64,000 bases of DNA, taken from an uncultured Chloroflexia bacterium. Lineage in GTDB: Bacteria; Chloroflexota; Chloroflexia; Thermomicrobiales; UBA6265. This document shows positions 45,205 through 55,253 of the stretch, in pieces. The notes below the pieces were generated by a model. It made no database searches. It had not been told where the DNA came from and saw only the letters and a program-made list of their open reading frames with translations. The stretch is taken from the NCBI GenBank assembly GCA_963724295.1, contig CAVRUC010000009.1:32001-96000 (forward strand), read 5' to 3'. A program made the translations under genes and the position numbers. Every line of letters starts with the position of its first letter. The first letter of the stretch is position 1.

Positions 45205-46098
45205 CTATGAGGTACCGACCGCGCGCTGCCGCTCGGCCATCTCCTGGTCGATCCCGCGCGGCCACTCGCGGCGTTGCGGATCGCGTACGGAGACCGCGAG
45301 CGTTCCGATCCCCTCGATCGTCATCTCGACCTGATCCCCGTCCTGGAGCGCGCCAAGTCCCTGATGGTTGGTGCCACACATGATGACGTCGCCGGGCACC
45401 AGCGTCATGTATGAGCTGATGAATGCCAGCACCTCGACGACGCCGTATTCCATGTCCCTCGTTGTGTAGTCCTGTCGCGGTTCACCGTTCACCGACAGCG
45501 TCACATGGAGGTTCTGGGGGTCGGGAACCTCGTCTACGGTGACGATCGCCGGACCGAGTGGCGTGAACGTGTCGAACGATTTGCCGATGCGGCTGGGACC
45601 GATGCGCCCCAATCCTCGCGCCGAGACGTCGATAGCGCAGGTGTAGCCGGCCAGCGCCTCGAGCGCGCGTTCATCGGCCGGGAGATCCTTGGCCCGTTGC
45701 CCCACGACCAGCGCCAGCTCGGCCTCGTGATGGAAGATCGTGGCGGGGTGATTCGGCAGGACGACCGTGCCATTGGGGCCGATCACTGAGTCCGGACTCT
45801 CCAGAAACATGTCCTGTGTCTGCCGCTCACGATCCGATCCCTCGCGGTAGTTGCCAAATGCGGCGATCAACTTGGGCGGGCGCGGCACCGGAGCCTGCAA
45901 CCTGGGAACCGGCAGCGTCTCGCCACTCACTGCCATTTCCTCGAGGCGGGGACGACGCTCTTGGAGCGTCGCCAGCAAGCGAGGCATGCGGTCGGCGGCC
46001 GTGCGATAGCGGATGTCCGCGAAGACCTCAGAGACACCGACCATGCCGCCGTCGCGCAGTACGCCGATACGATCGTCATCTGTCAGTACGAGCCTCAT
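45205..46098 (-). CDS. Fumarylacetoacetate hydrolase family protein
   Basis: GNY, HHEAEL, DVSAR, GKSFDTF, LVPGDVIMCGT. Confidence 0.93.
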   Translation of the reverse strand: MRLVLTDDDRIGVLRDGGMVGVSEVFADIRYRTAADRMPRLLATLQERRPRLEEMAVSGETLPVPRLQAPVPRPPKLIAAFGNYREGSDRERQTQDMFLESPDSVIGPNGTVVLPNHPATIFHHEAELALVVGQRAKDLPADERALEALAGYTCAIDVSARGLGRIGPSRIGKSFDTFTPLGPAIVTVDEVPDPQNLHVTLSVNGEPRQDYTTRDMEYGVVEVLAFISSYMTLVPGDVIMCGTNHQGLGALQDGDQVEMTIEGIGTLAVSVRDPQRREWPRGIDQEMAERQRAVGTS

Positions 46099-47042
46099 GA
46101 GGCGGATCCTCCGCTTCCTTGCACTTGCATCTGCGCCACCGGGTGTTGCGCCGCCGCCTTCACGCGTTCGCCCGCCTCGCGGTCGATCCCGCGCTGCCAC
46201 GCCCGCTCGTGCTCGTCGCGCACGTGGAGCGTGAACGACCCGATACCCGATACGGTGGTCACCACCGCGTCACCATCCTGCACCGAGCCGAGCCCCTGGT
46301 GGTTGGTGCCACAGCAGATCACATCGCCGGGGTGCAGCGTCGTCACCGACGAGATGTAGGTGAGCAGATCGGTAATCGGCCGCTCCATGTCGCTCGTCGA
46401 ATAGTCCTGGCGGCGTTCGCCGTTGACGTCGACCGTGATGCTCAGCGATTGCGGATCGGGGATCTCGTCCCTGGTAACGATCCAGGGGCCGAACGCGGCG
46501 AACGTATCGAACGACTTGCCGAGGAAGCTGTTGATGCCGGTGCGCCCCAGACCGCGGGCGGAAATATCGTTGAAGGCGACGTAACCGAAGACCGCGTCCA
46601 TGGCGTCCTCAGCGCTCAGATCCTTCGCTTCGCGGCCGATCACCACGGCGATCTCGCCCTCATGATGGAAGATGTTGGCCTGGTGCGGCGGCAGGACGAC
46701 CGTGTCTCCGGGTCCCGAAATCTTCTCCGGCGACTTGAAGAAGAGATCGAGGATCTGCAGGGGCCGGTCAGTGCCCTCCCGATAGTTACCCATCAGACAG
46801 ATGACCTTCGAGGGCCGGGTGAGCGGAGAACGAAGTCGTGCTTCGGCTAGCGGCGTGCCATGTCCCGCGGCGGCTCGCCGTTCCAGCTCCGGTCGCAGCG
46901 TGTCGAAGTGAGATATCAGATCGGGCAGCAAATCCCCTGGTCCCAGCGGTTCGTACGGCTGCAACAGATCGGTGACATCGACGACCGTATCGTCGTTGGC
47001 GACGACGCCTATCCTGGAGTCGTCGAATGCGGCAATGCGCAT
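46095..47042 (-). CDS. Fumarylacetoacetate hydrolase family protein
   Basis: GNY, FFKSP, HHEGEI, NDISAR, GKSFDTF, LHPGDVICCGT. Confidence 0.93.
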   Translation of the reverse strand: MRIAAFDDSRIGVVANDDTVVDVTDLLQPYEPLGPGDLLPDLISHFDTLRPELERRAAAGHGTPLAEARLRSPLTRPSKVICLMGNYREGTDRPLQILDLFFKSPEKISGPGDTVVLPPHQANIFHHEGEIAVVIGREAKDLSAEDAMDAVFGYVAFNDISARGLGRTGINSFLGKSFDTFAAFGPWIVTRDEIPDPQSLSITVDVNGERRQDYSTSDMERPITDLLTYISSVTTLHPGDVICCGTNHQGLGSVQDGDAVVTTVSGIGSFTLHVRDEHERAWQRGIDREAGERVKAAAQHPVAQMQVQGSGGSAS

Positions 47043-47352
47043 CGCGCGTCTTCTCCTATCCTCGCTTTACGCCAGGCCTCCGTCCAGGTTCAGCAGGTTT
47101 CGCATCCTTTTCGTGATGTGTCAATCGCCTGCCGTGCCGGAGAGCATCGCTTCCGGTCCATGCTCCGTCTCACGCCCTTGGCCGGCCGATACGGCGCGCC
47201 GACTCGAGCATTGGTCCCCCTCCCGTATCTGTTTCACCGCCGGCTGATGACCTGTTCGACCGTCCACGCAGGGTGCATGCCAGAGGACCATCCGTGGGTG
47301 TAGGCTGTGGCATCTCGCATTCATGCGATAGCGAACCACCAGGGAGGTTGCC

Positions 47353-47991
47353 GTGACTGCCACCGTCGAGTCTGGACAGGACGAGTACATCGTCGAGAAC
47401 CCGCGACTTCGAGGATTCGTCGCCGAGGTCTCTCGTATCCGTCACGAGCACGATGACCCACGCCAGATCCTGACCGCGATCCGGCCGCATTTCGCCGAGC
47501 TGCTGGCCGACAAGACCTGGCTCCCCGAGCAGTATCAGGAGCCGGCCGCGGACGGCGGAATGGGCTCCGGCATCGGCACGTGGCTCCTCTATCGCGCCGG
47601 TGACGGCAGCCTCGCCCTCTCGGCGCTGGTCGTCCCACCCGGCGCGCAGACCCCCGTGCACGACCATCTGGCCTGGGGACTGGTCGGACTCTACCGAGGC
47701 ACCCAGGACGAGGAAGTTTTCACCCGCACCGACGATGGCTCGCGGGAGGACGCGGCGTCATTGACGATCGCGGAGAGCCGGGCGCTGCAAGCGGGCGATT
47801 TCTACGAGCTGCTCCCTGAGACCGACATCCACCGGGTACGGACCACGTCTCCGGAAACGTCCGTCTCGCTCCACCTGCTCGGGATCGACAACGGCTGCAT
47901 CTGGAGGCACCGCTTCGTCCCCGAGGAAGGGAAGGTGCTCCCCTTCAAGAGCGGCTACGTCAATGTTCCCTGCGAGGGTGATGGGTCATAG
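47353..47991 (+). CDS. Cysteine dioxygenase-like cupin
   Basis: TPVHDHLAWGLVGLYRG, DIHRV, SLHLLG; RBS GGGAGG. Confidence 0.85.
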   Translation: MTATVESGQDEYIVENPRLRGFVAEVSRIRHEHDDPRQILTAIRPHFAELLADKTWLPEQYQEPAADGGMGSGIGTWLLYRAGDGSLALSALVVPPGAQTPVHDHLAWGLVGLYRGTQDEEVFTRTDDGSREDAASLTIAESRALQAGDFYELLPETDIHRVRTTSPETSVSLHLLGIDNGCIWRHRFVPEEGKVLPFKSGYVNVPCEGDGS

Positions 47992-48142
47992 GTGATGGGG
48001 TGATGGGTGGCGGGGTCGCGGGGTGGCGGGGTCGCAGGACGAACGATTCCCCGTCACCCTGCCACCCTGCCACCGTGAGCGCAGCGAACCATTACCCTGC
48101 CACCACGAGCGCAGCGAGTAATCACCCTATCACCCATCACCC
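47976..48142. repeat. Inverted 7-8-mer tandem array between convergent genes
   Basis: GGTGATGG/GGTGGCGG/GGTCGCGG units facing CACCCTGC/ATCACCC units; two GAGCGCAGCGA inserts. Confidence 0.75.
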
Positions 48143-48889
48143 TCGTCGATCCCCAGCACCTTGAAGCCGTCGTCCCGCGGCTCGTAACCCAGGAGCTGCC
48201 TGGTCGGGACCAGGCTGAACCGCTTGCGGGCGTTGTCGGAGATACCGGCCACGACCGCGTACGGGATGTTCTCGGTCTCGATGCAGCGCACCAGCAGATC
48301 GTTGAGATCGCGCGCGCTGACGTACGCCATCGCCGCCGTGGCGTCACCATCCTCGTAGAACCACGGCGCGTCGTAGGCGCCGATGCGGATGGCGATGCCG
48401 GAGAGCCCCGTCGCCGAGTAGGTCGCGGCGACGGCTTCCCCGAACACTTTGCTCGCGCCGTAGAGGTTGACAGGTCTGGGCGGCGCATCGTCGGCGATCG
48501 CCTCGTCCTCTTGCAGACCACCGACGGCGTGCACGCTGCTGGCGAAGACGACCCGCCGGCAGCCGGCCTCACTCGCGGCACGGAAGATATTGACGACACC
48601 CTGGATGTTGTTCGGCAGCAGGGAAGACTCCCAGTCTGCCTCGGGCGAAGGATCGGCGGCGAGATGGACGACGGTGTCGATGCCCGCACACGCCTCCCGA
48701 CAAGCGTCGGCATCAGCGATATCGAGGCGCACGATCTCATGGTTCACACCCGGGAGTATCGGCAAGCGTATCGGTGTCGAGGTCGGCCAGGCGGAAGCGA
48801 TACTGTTCGCCGTGCCCCTCCCGGAATGCGGTGCCGATGCGACCGGCCGCGCCGGTGAGCAGCACGAAGCGACGCCCGGACTCACTCAT
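48130..48889 (-). CDS. NAD-dependent epimerase/dehydratase (uronate dehydrogenase-like), frameshift near 48750
   Basis: LLTGAAGRIG from ATG 48889, then VVHLAA, FASS, YGASKVFGE and RIG in the second frame. Confidence 0.87.
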
Positions 48890-49242
48890 GCCGGTGCCAT
48901 CCGGGAACGCATCGTGCTGGTCGAGACACGCCGTGTGACCGATCCTGGCTTTGACCGTCGATCATGGTCTGCTCCTTGTTGCCGATCCATATGGGAATGT
49001 GTCGCGCCCGCCGATCCCGGTGCAGGGGCCGTGCCATCCCTCTCCTGACGCATTTCGCATAAACTAGCGGAGTTTGGCGCGGTTCGTGCGGGAGCCCATC
49101 AACCGCCTGGTGGGCCAGCGGTGGTGGCGGCAGATTCTGGCCGCCGTTCTCTACGTGTCGCGTACCCGTGATTCGAGTAGTGACCAAGGAGGTTGCGATG
49201 TCGATGTGCAGTTTTCGCCTGGAATCAACAGTGGGACAGAGG

Positions 49243-50525
49243 ATGCCTTCGTCTCTGAAGCGGGGAGTGGTCGCTGCACTGATCCTGATCGTTCCGCTTC
49301 TTACAACTCTGCTGGGGCCGAGCGCCCGCGCCCAGGATGAACCGGGCCCTTGCGCGTCGCCGTCCTCTTCCCTTTCACCGGCGACCTCTCTGACTTCGGG
49401 CAACCCTTCCTCCAGGCGGCGGAACTCGCTGTGAACGAGATCAATGCCGCCGGCGGGGTCAATGGCCAGCCGATCGAGCTCGTCCAGGGCGATTCCGCGA
49501 CGTCGCCGCAGCAGGCCGTGGAAGAGGCGCGCCGTCTCATTGAGCTGGAGGGGGTGTCGGCGATCGTCGGACCGGCCGGCAGTGGTGAGACGCTGCCGGT
49601 AGCGGAATCGGTGACGGGACCGGGCGGAGTGCTGGAAATCACCATGTCGGCGACCTCACCCGCGCTGACCATCGCCAATGACAATGACTTCCTCTTTCGG
49701 ACCACCATTTCTGACGCCGCTCAGGGTTTGGTCATGGCCGACCTGGCCCGGGAGCAAGGATTTGAGACAGCCTGCGTTCTCTTCGTGAACAACGCCTATG
49801 GGCAGGGATTGAATGACGCCTTCGCGGATCGATTCGCCGCTGAGGGCGGCACGATAACGGCGCAGGTTCCCCACGAGCAGGAGCAGGCTAGCTACGCCTC
49901 GGAGATCGCGAGTTGCACTGAAGGCAACCCTGATGTTCTCGTTGCCGCTGCGTACCCAGAGAGCGGACGCGTCTTTCTGCGCGAGCTCGCAGAAGCTGGC
50001 GATGCGCCAGCGGTGATCTTCAGCGATGGTCTGAAGTCGCCGGAAATGTTCGCCGACTTGGGCTGGGAGGTGTTCGAGGGGAACTATGGCACCGCCGCTG
50101 GCTTGTTCGAATCAGACGCCACCGCGGTGTTCGACCAGGCGTGGGAGGCGGCGTACGGCGAGATTCCGGCTGTCCCGTACCTACGCGAGATCAATGACGC
50201 CATCTACCTGATCGCCCTCGCAGCGGAGCAAGTGGACTCGACCGATTCTGCCGCCATCCGGGATGCCCTGCGGGAGGTGGCGAATGAGCCGGGAACGGTG
50301 GTCGGTCCTGGCCAGGAGGGCTGGCAGACCGCGGTGGAGGCTATCAACGCTGGGGAAGACGTCAACTACGAAGGAGCTGCTGGTTCAGTCGACCTCGATG
50401 AAAATGGCGATGTCTCAAAGGGCGCCATTCTCATCTGGCAGATTCAGGGCGAGGCGATCGAGGATACCGACGAGCGGGCCGTTGACCTCACCGCCCAGGA
50501 AGCTGCCGCGACCCCGGTCTCCTGA
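49243..50525 (+). CDS. Branched-chain amino acid (LIV)-type ABC substrate-binding protein, frameshift near 49348
   Basis: Signal MPSSLKRGVVAAL..ARAQ in one frame; EINAAGGVNG, FLFRT, NNAYG and YEGAAG in the next. Confidence 0.9.
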
Positions 50526-50563
50526 GAGCTAGATCTTAGGCTTGACGTCGACAGCGTCGGTCT

Positions 50564-50603
50564 CGGAGCCGATCCGTCACCTCAACGGATCGGCTCCGTT
50601 GTT
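50564..50603 (+). terminator. Hairpin after the binding-protein gene (terminator or mRNA stabiliser)
   Basis: 14-bp stem CGGAGCCGATCCGT/ACGGATCGGCTCCG followed by TTGTT. Confidence 0.65.
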
Positions 50604-50674
50604 CATTCGTGTCCGTTCCGCTTTGCGCGCTGGAGACGGGGATTTGCCGTGACAAACGAGGTGTGGTCAGGATA

Positions 50675-51496
50675 ATGACGACAGTCACCATCACGGAGCA
50701 ACCGGTCCCAACGACCACCGTCCAAAACGACGCTCTTCTCGAGGTGCGCTCCGTCACGAAGGCGTTCGGTGGCAACCGGGCGGTTGACGACTGCTCGTTC
50801 AGCGTCAACCGAGGAACGATCACCGGGCTGATCGGTCCGAACGGGGCAGGGAAGTCGACACTCCTCAACGTCATTGCCGGTGCCCTGCAGGCCACCTCCG
50901 GCTCGATTCTGCTCGAGGGCGAGCCGATTGACGGGCTGCGGCCAGATGAATTGCTGCGGCGCGGCCTCGCCCGTACCTTCCAGGTCCCACGCCCGATCCC
51001 GACGATGACGGTGCTGGAAAACCTGGTACTGGCCGGCCAGGATCAGGCGGGCGAGCGGATTTGGAATGCCTGGTTTCGTCCTGGCCAAATCCATCGACAG
51101 GAGAACGAGATCATCGATCGGGCGCTCGGGGTGCTGGCTTACGTCAATCTCCTGCATCTGCGCGACGCCTACGCGGCCAATCTCTCCGGCGGCCAGAGGA
51201 AGCTGCTGGAATTCGCAAGAACCCTCATGGTCAAGCCGCGCCTGGTCCTCCTCGACGAGCCCGGGGCCGGCATCAACCGGACGTTGATGCGGCAGCTCAC
51301 CGAGCACATCGAGGAGCAGTGTCATGACCATGGCGTGACGTTCCTCATCGTCGAGCACGACATGGACCTCGTGGCTCGCCTCTGCGATCCCGTGATTGTC
51401 ATGGCCGAGGGCAAGCGACTCACGGAGGGCTCGTTCGCCCAGATTCGCCAGGATCAAGGCGTCCTCGATGCCTACCTGGGAGGTCAGGTCGGATGA
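50675..51496 (+). CDS. LIV-type ABC ATPase (LivG-like)
   Basis: GPNGAGKST, LSGGQ, LLDEP, VEHD. Confidence 0.95.
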   Translation: MTTVTITEQPVPTTTVQNDALLEVRSVTKAFGGNRAVDDCSFSVNRGTITGLIGPNGAGKSTLLNVIAGALQATSGSILLEGEPIDGLRPDELLRRGLARTFQVPRPIPTMTVLENLVLAGQDQAGERIWNAWFRPGQIHRQENEIIDRALGVLAYVNLLHLRDAYAANLSGGQRKLLEFARTLMVKPRLVLLDEPGAGINRTLMRQLTEHIEEQCHDHGVTFLIVEHDMDLVARLCDPVIVMAEGKRLTEGSFAQIRQDQGVLDAYLGGQVG

Positions 51497-52209
51497 CGCA
51501 AGCCACCCCGGCGCTCGTCGCGGAGGGAATCACCAGCGGCTACGGCGAAGTTCCGGTCGTGCAGGATGTTTCGATCCAGGTCGGGCAGGACGAGATCGTC
51601 ACGATCATCGGTCCCAACGGCGCTGGTAAGTCGACGGTCCTGAAGGCGCTCTTCGGATTCCTGCCGCTCTGGCAAGGCCAGGTCTCCCTTGCCGGCGATG
51701 ACGTCACCGGACTCGCCCCGGAGCTGTTGGTCTGCCGGGGAATTGCATTCGTGCCGCAAACCGACAACGTATTTCCCAACCTGACCATCCGGGAAAACTT
51801 GACCATGGGCGGGATCACGCGCGCGGATGGGGTCGAGGAGCGAATCTCGTGGGTATTCGAGCTCTTCCCGGTCCTCGCCGAGCGGCCCCGCGAGCGAGCC
51901 GGCCGTCTCTCCGGCGGCCAGCGGCAGACGCTGGCCATAGCGCGCGCACTGATGCTGGAGCCGCGCATTCTGTTGCTCGATGAGCCATCGGCCAGTCTCT
52001 CCCCCAAAATGGTCGACACGGTCCTGGCCAACGTGATCGAGATCAACCGGCGCGGAACCGCGGTGCTGATGGTCGAGCAGCGTGCTCGCCAGGCACTGGC
52101 AATCAGCGATCGGGGCTACGTGCTGGCGAACGGGCGCAACCGGCTGGAAGGCCCCGCATCGGATCTGCTGGCGAGTGACGAGGTCCGCCGGCTCTACCTC
52201 GGCGAATGA
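51493..52209 (+). CDS. LIV-type ABC ATPase (LivF-like)
   Basis: GPNGAGKST, LSGGQRQ, LLDEPS, VEQ. Confidence 0.95.
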   Translation: MTQATPALVAEGITSGYGEVPVVQDVSIQVGQDEIVTIIGPNGAGKSTVLKALFGFLPLWQGQVSLAGDDVTGLAPELLVCRGIAFVPQTDNVFPNLTIRENLTMGGITRADGVEERISWVFELFPVLAERPRERAGRLSGGQRQTLAIARALMLEPRILLLDEPSASLSPKMVDTVLANVIEINRRGTAVLMVEQRARQALAISDRGYVLANGRNRLEGPASDLLASDEVRRLYLGE

Positions 52210-52219
52210 GGAGCGCACG

Positions 52220-53317
52220 ATGGCGGGAGCGGTAACAGATAGCCTGGTCGATCGGAACGCATTGGCGGGCCGGCTGCCCGCCGGCCGCGTTCGGCAGCTG
52301 ATTGGCGCTTGGGCGCTCTGGCTGTTGATTGCCGCCTTCACGCTATGGGCAGCCGTTACCCAGACCCCCCAATTCGTTGTCGGATTGATCGTCGGCAGCC
52401 TCTACGGACTCTCTGCCGTCGGCTTGACTCTCATCTATGGTGTGGCGCGGGTATCGCACTTCGCACATGGCGACGCGATGATGATGTCGGCCTACCTGGC
52501 CTTCTTCGCCTTGACCGGAGCCGTCGCCGGCTCTCGAGCTGGCGATGTGGAATTACCACTGCACGCGAGCGCACTTCCCGGCGCAATGGATCCGATCTGG
52601 AGGTTCTCCTTCGGGTATGGGCTCGTCGTCGCGATCGTGATTGGCGCCGTGCTAATGGTGCCGCTCTTGCTCGCCATCGACCGTCTGGTTTACCAACCTC
52701 TCCACCGGCGAGGCGCCGGCACGGCGATTCTTGCCGTTTCTTCCCTCGGTGTGGCCATCAGTATGCGCGGGATGATGCTGTTCATCTGGGGCGCTGACAA
52801 TCGTCGCTACACCGCCGGTATCAGGCAGACGGTAGACGTGCCGGGACTGGCGCCGATCGTTGCCGATCAGTTCTTCATCGTGCTTGCCGCGGTCTTGCTG
52901 ACGGTTGTCACCTACTTCCAGCTCTACCACAGTCGGCTAGGCACGGCGATGCGAGCGACGGCCGATAACCCCGCCCTGGCACGAGCGAGCGGGATCGACG
53001 TCGCGGCCACTCGGCGCTGGACCTGGATCATTGGGGGTGCGTTGACGGCGGTCGCCGGCTGCCTGCTCGCGCTGCAGTCCCAATTGTCGCCGGAACTGGG
53101 CTTCGTCTTGCTGCTGCCGATTTTCGCCGCGGCGATTCTGGGCGGTGTCGGCAGCCCGCATGGCGCGTTCATTGGCGGGCTGATCGTCGGCGTCGTGGGA
53201 GAGGTGGTTGTCGGCGTCGGGATCATTTCACCCGGCTACAAACTGGCGGTTGTCTTCGTCGTCCTGGTCGCGGTCATCCTGCTGCGTCCGCAGGGTCTAT
53301 TTGGAGGTCGCGAGTGA
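52220..53317 (+). CDS. LIV-type ABC permease (LivH-like)
   Basis: AVGLTLIYGV..FAHG, GTAMRA, AILGGVG, LRPQGLFG. Confidence 0.93.
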   Translation: MAGAVTDSLVDRNALAGRLPAGRVRQLIGAWALWLLIAAFTLWAAVTQTPQFVVGLIVGSLYGLSAVGLTLIYGVARVSHFAHGDAMMMSAYLAFFALTGAVAGSRAGDVELPLHASALPGAMDPIWRFSFGYGLVVAIVIGAVLMVPLLLAIDRLVYQPLHRRGAGTAILAVSSLGVAISMRGMMLFIWGADNRRYTAGIRQTVDVPGLAPIVADQFFIVLAAVLLTVVTYFQLYHSRLGTAMRATADNPALARASGIDVAATRRWTWIIGGALTAVAGCLLALQSQLSPELGFVLLLPIFAAAILGGVGSPHGAFIGGLIVGVVGEVVVGVGIISPGYKLAVVFVVLVAVILLRPQGLFGGRE

Positions 53318-54444
53318 CAATGCGGCGCAACCGGACCGCGATCATCGTCGTCACCCTGGTCACACTCCTCCTGATCGCATTGCCGCTTCATCGCACCGGC
53401 AGCGCCAATGCCGTCATCTCATTCCTGGTGCCGTCGCTGGCGACGATGGCGATCTTCGCGGTCATCTGCATCGGGTTGAACATCCAGTGGGGATACACGG
53501 GGATCTTCAACTTCGGCGTCGCTGCCTTCTTCATGATTGGCGCCTATACGGCGGCGATCGTGACGAAGGCGCCGGCGGACGGCGAGTTCGCGACCTACAT
53601 AGGCGGCTTCGGCGAGGCCCTTTCCGCCGTGCCGCTGCCAGGTGCCAGTCAATGGCTGCCATTTCTGATCGCGGTACTGGCCGCGGTGGTTGTATCAGCC
53701 CTACTGGCACTGCTCCTGGCGTGGCCAACGGTGCGGCTTCGCGAAGATTATTTGGCGATCATGTTGATTGGCGCGGCCGAAGTGCTGCGGCGCATTGCCA
53801 CGGAAGAGCGTTGGCTCGTCAATGGCAGCCGCGGTCTGGGTGGCATTCCGCGCCCGTTCGCGGGCGTGGTCGATCCAGATTCATACCGGTATCTCTTCCT
53901 ACTGCTTACCGCGATCCTCGTGGTGTTGGCATACGTCCTGGCCGAACGCGGTATCCGTTCGCCGTGGGGACGCGTTCTCCGCGCAATTCGCGAGGACGAA
54001 GAGGCGGCAGCGGCGGCCGGGAAGAATGTCGTCGCTTTCAAGTTGCAGGGGTTCGTCCTCGGCGCGGCGGTCATGGGCGCGGGGGGCGCCTTCTACGCCT
54101 TCCAGCAGGGAGCGATATCACCGGATACCTTCACCCACTTCTTCGGGACATTCATTCTCTGGGCGATGCTGATCGCCGGTGGCAGCGGAAACATGGTTGG
54201 GGCGATGGTTGGCGTCTATGTGATCTGGGGTCTCTGGTCGACCACGCTGCAGCTCCAGGGTTACGAGCTACCGGCGTTTGTCGCGGGCCGCATCCCGCAC
54301 ATCCGGGACACCCTGGTCGGACTGACCATCGTCGTCGTGCTCCTCCTGAATCCGGGCGGCCTCATTCCGGAGCAGGCCCGGGTCTCGCGATGGCTCGACC
54401 GGCGAGTGGCGGCGATGCGGCGCAGCGAAGCCGCAGGGGACTAA
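53314..54444 (+). CDS. LIV-type ABC permease (LivM-like)
   Basis: GLNIQWGYTG, RLREDYLAI, GRVLRAIRED. Confidence 0.93.
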   Translation: MTMRRNRTAIIVVTLVTLLLIALPLHRTGSANAVISFLVPSLATMAIFAVICIGLNIQWGYTGIFNFGVAAFFMIGAYTAAIVTKAPADGEFATYIGGFGEALSAVPLPGASQWLPFLIAVLAAVVVSALLALLLAWPTVRLREDYLAIMLIGAAEVLRRIATEERWLVNGSRGLGGIPRPFAGVVDPDSYRYLFLLLTAILVVLAYVLAERGIRSPWGRVLRAIREDEEAAAAAGKNVVAFKLQGFVLGAAVMGAGGAFYAFQQGAISPDTFTHFFGTFILWAMLIAGGSGNMVGAMVGVYVIWGLWSTTLQLQGYELPAFVAGRIPHIRDTLVGLTIVVVLLLNPGGLIPEQARVSRWLDRRVAAMRRSEAAGD

Positions 54445-54509
54445 CGAGGGTCGCAGGGCCGCAGGGTCACGAGGTGGCGGGGGAGCGTTCTCCCAGCCAC
54501 CTTCTCGGG

Positions 54510-55253
54510 TCAGTCCTCGCCGAGATACGCCTTGCGCACCATGTCGTTGCCGAGGAGCTCACGACCGGTGCCGGAGAGGACGATCTGGCCGGTCTGGATC
54601 ACGTAGCCTCGGTTGGCCACGGCCAGAGCCTTGAGCGCATTCTGCTCGACCAGGAGCACGGTTGTGCCCTGGCTGTTGATGTCCTGAATGATCTGGAAGA
54701 TGGTATCGACCAGGATCGGAGATAGCCCGAGCGAGGGCTCGTCCAGCAGGAGCACCGAGGGGCGGGCCATCAGGGCGCGGCCGATCGCCAGCATCTGCTG
54801 CTCGCCGCCGGACATCGTTCCCGCGATCTGGCTTTTTCGCTCTTCCAGACGAGGGAACAGCCCGAAGACCCGCGCCAGATCATCTGGGTCGGGTTTGCCG
54901 TGCGAGTACGCACCGAGCTCGAGATTCTCCATGACCGACATACGGTTGAAGATGCGGCGGCCCTCTGGCGCCTGAGCCACCCCCATCCCGGCGACGACGT
55001 GGGCCGGTTTATCGCTGATCAGCTTCCCATTCAAACTGATGGCGCCGGTTCTGGGTCTGAGCAGGCCGGAGATGGTTTGCAGAGTCGTCGTCTTGCCGGC
55101 GCCGTTCGAACCGATCAGGGTAACGATCTCACCCTGGTTGACGTAGAGCGTGACGCCTTTGAGCGCCTGGATATTGCCGTAGTACGTGGTGATGTCCTGA
55201 ACGTCGAGAATCACCGAAGCATCGTGCCCGTTGCTCGCAATTTCATGCGCCAT
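54510..55253 (-). CDS. livF: LIV ABC ATPase
   Basis: GSNGAGKTT, PEGRRIF, MSGGEQQM, LDEPSLGL. Confidence 0.93.
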   Translation of the reverse strand: MAHEIASNGHDASVILDVQDITTYYGNIQALKGVTLYVNQGEIVTLIGSNGAGKTTTLQTISGLLRPRTGAISLNGKLISDKPAHVVAGMGVAQAPEGRRIFNRMSVMENLELGAYSHGKPDPDDLARVFGLFPRLEERKSQIAGTMSGGEQQMLAIGRALMARPSVLLLDEPSLGLSPILVDTIFQIIQDINSQGTTVLLVEQNALKALAVANRGYVIQTGQIVLSGTGRELLGNDMVRKAYLGED

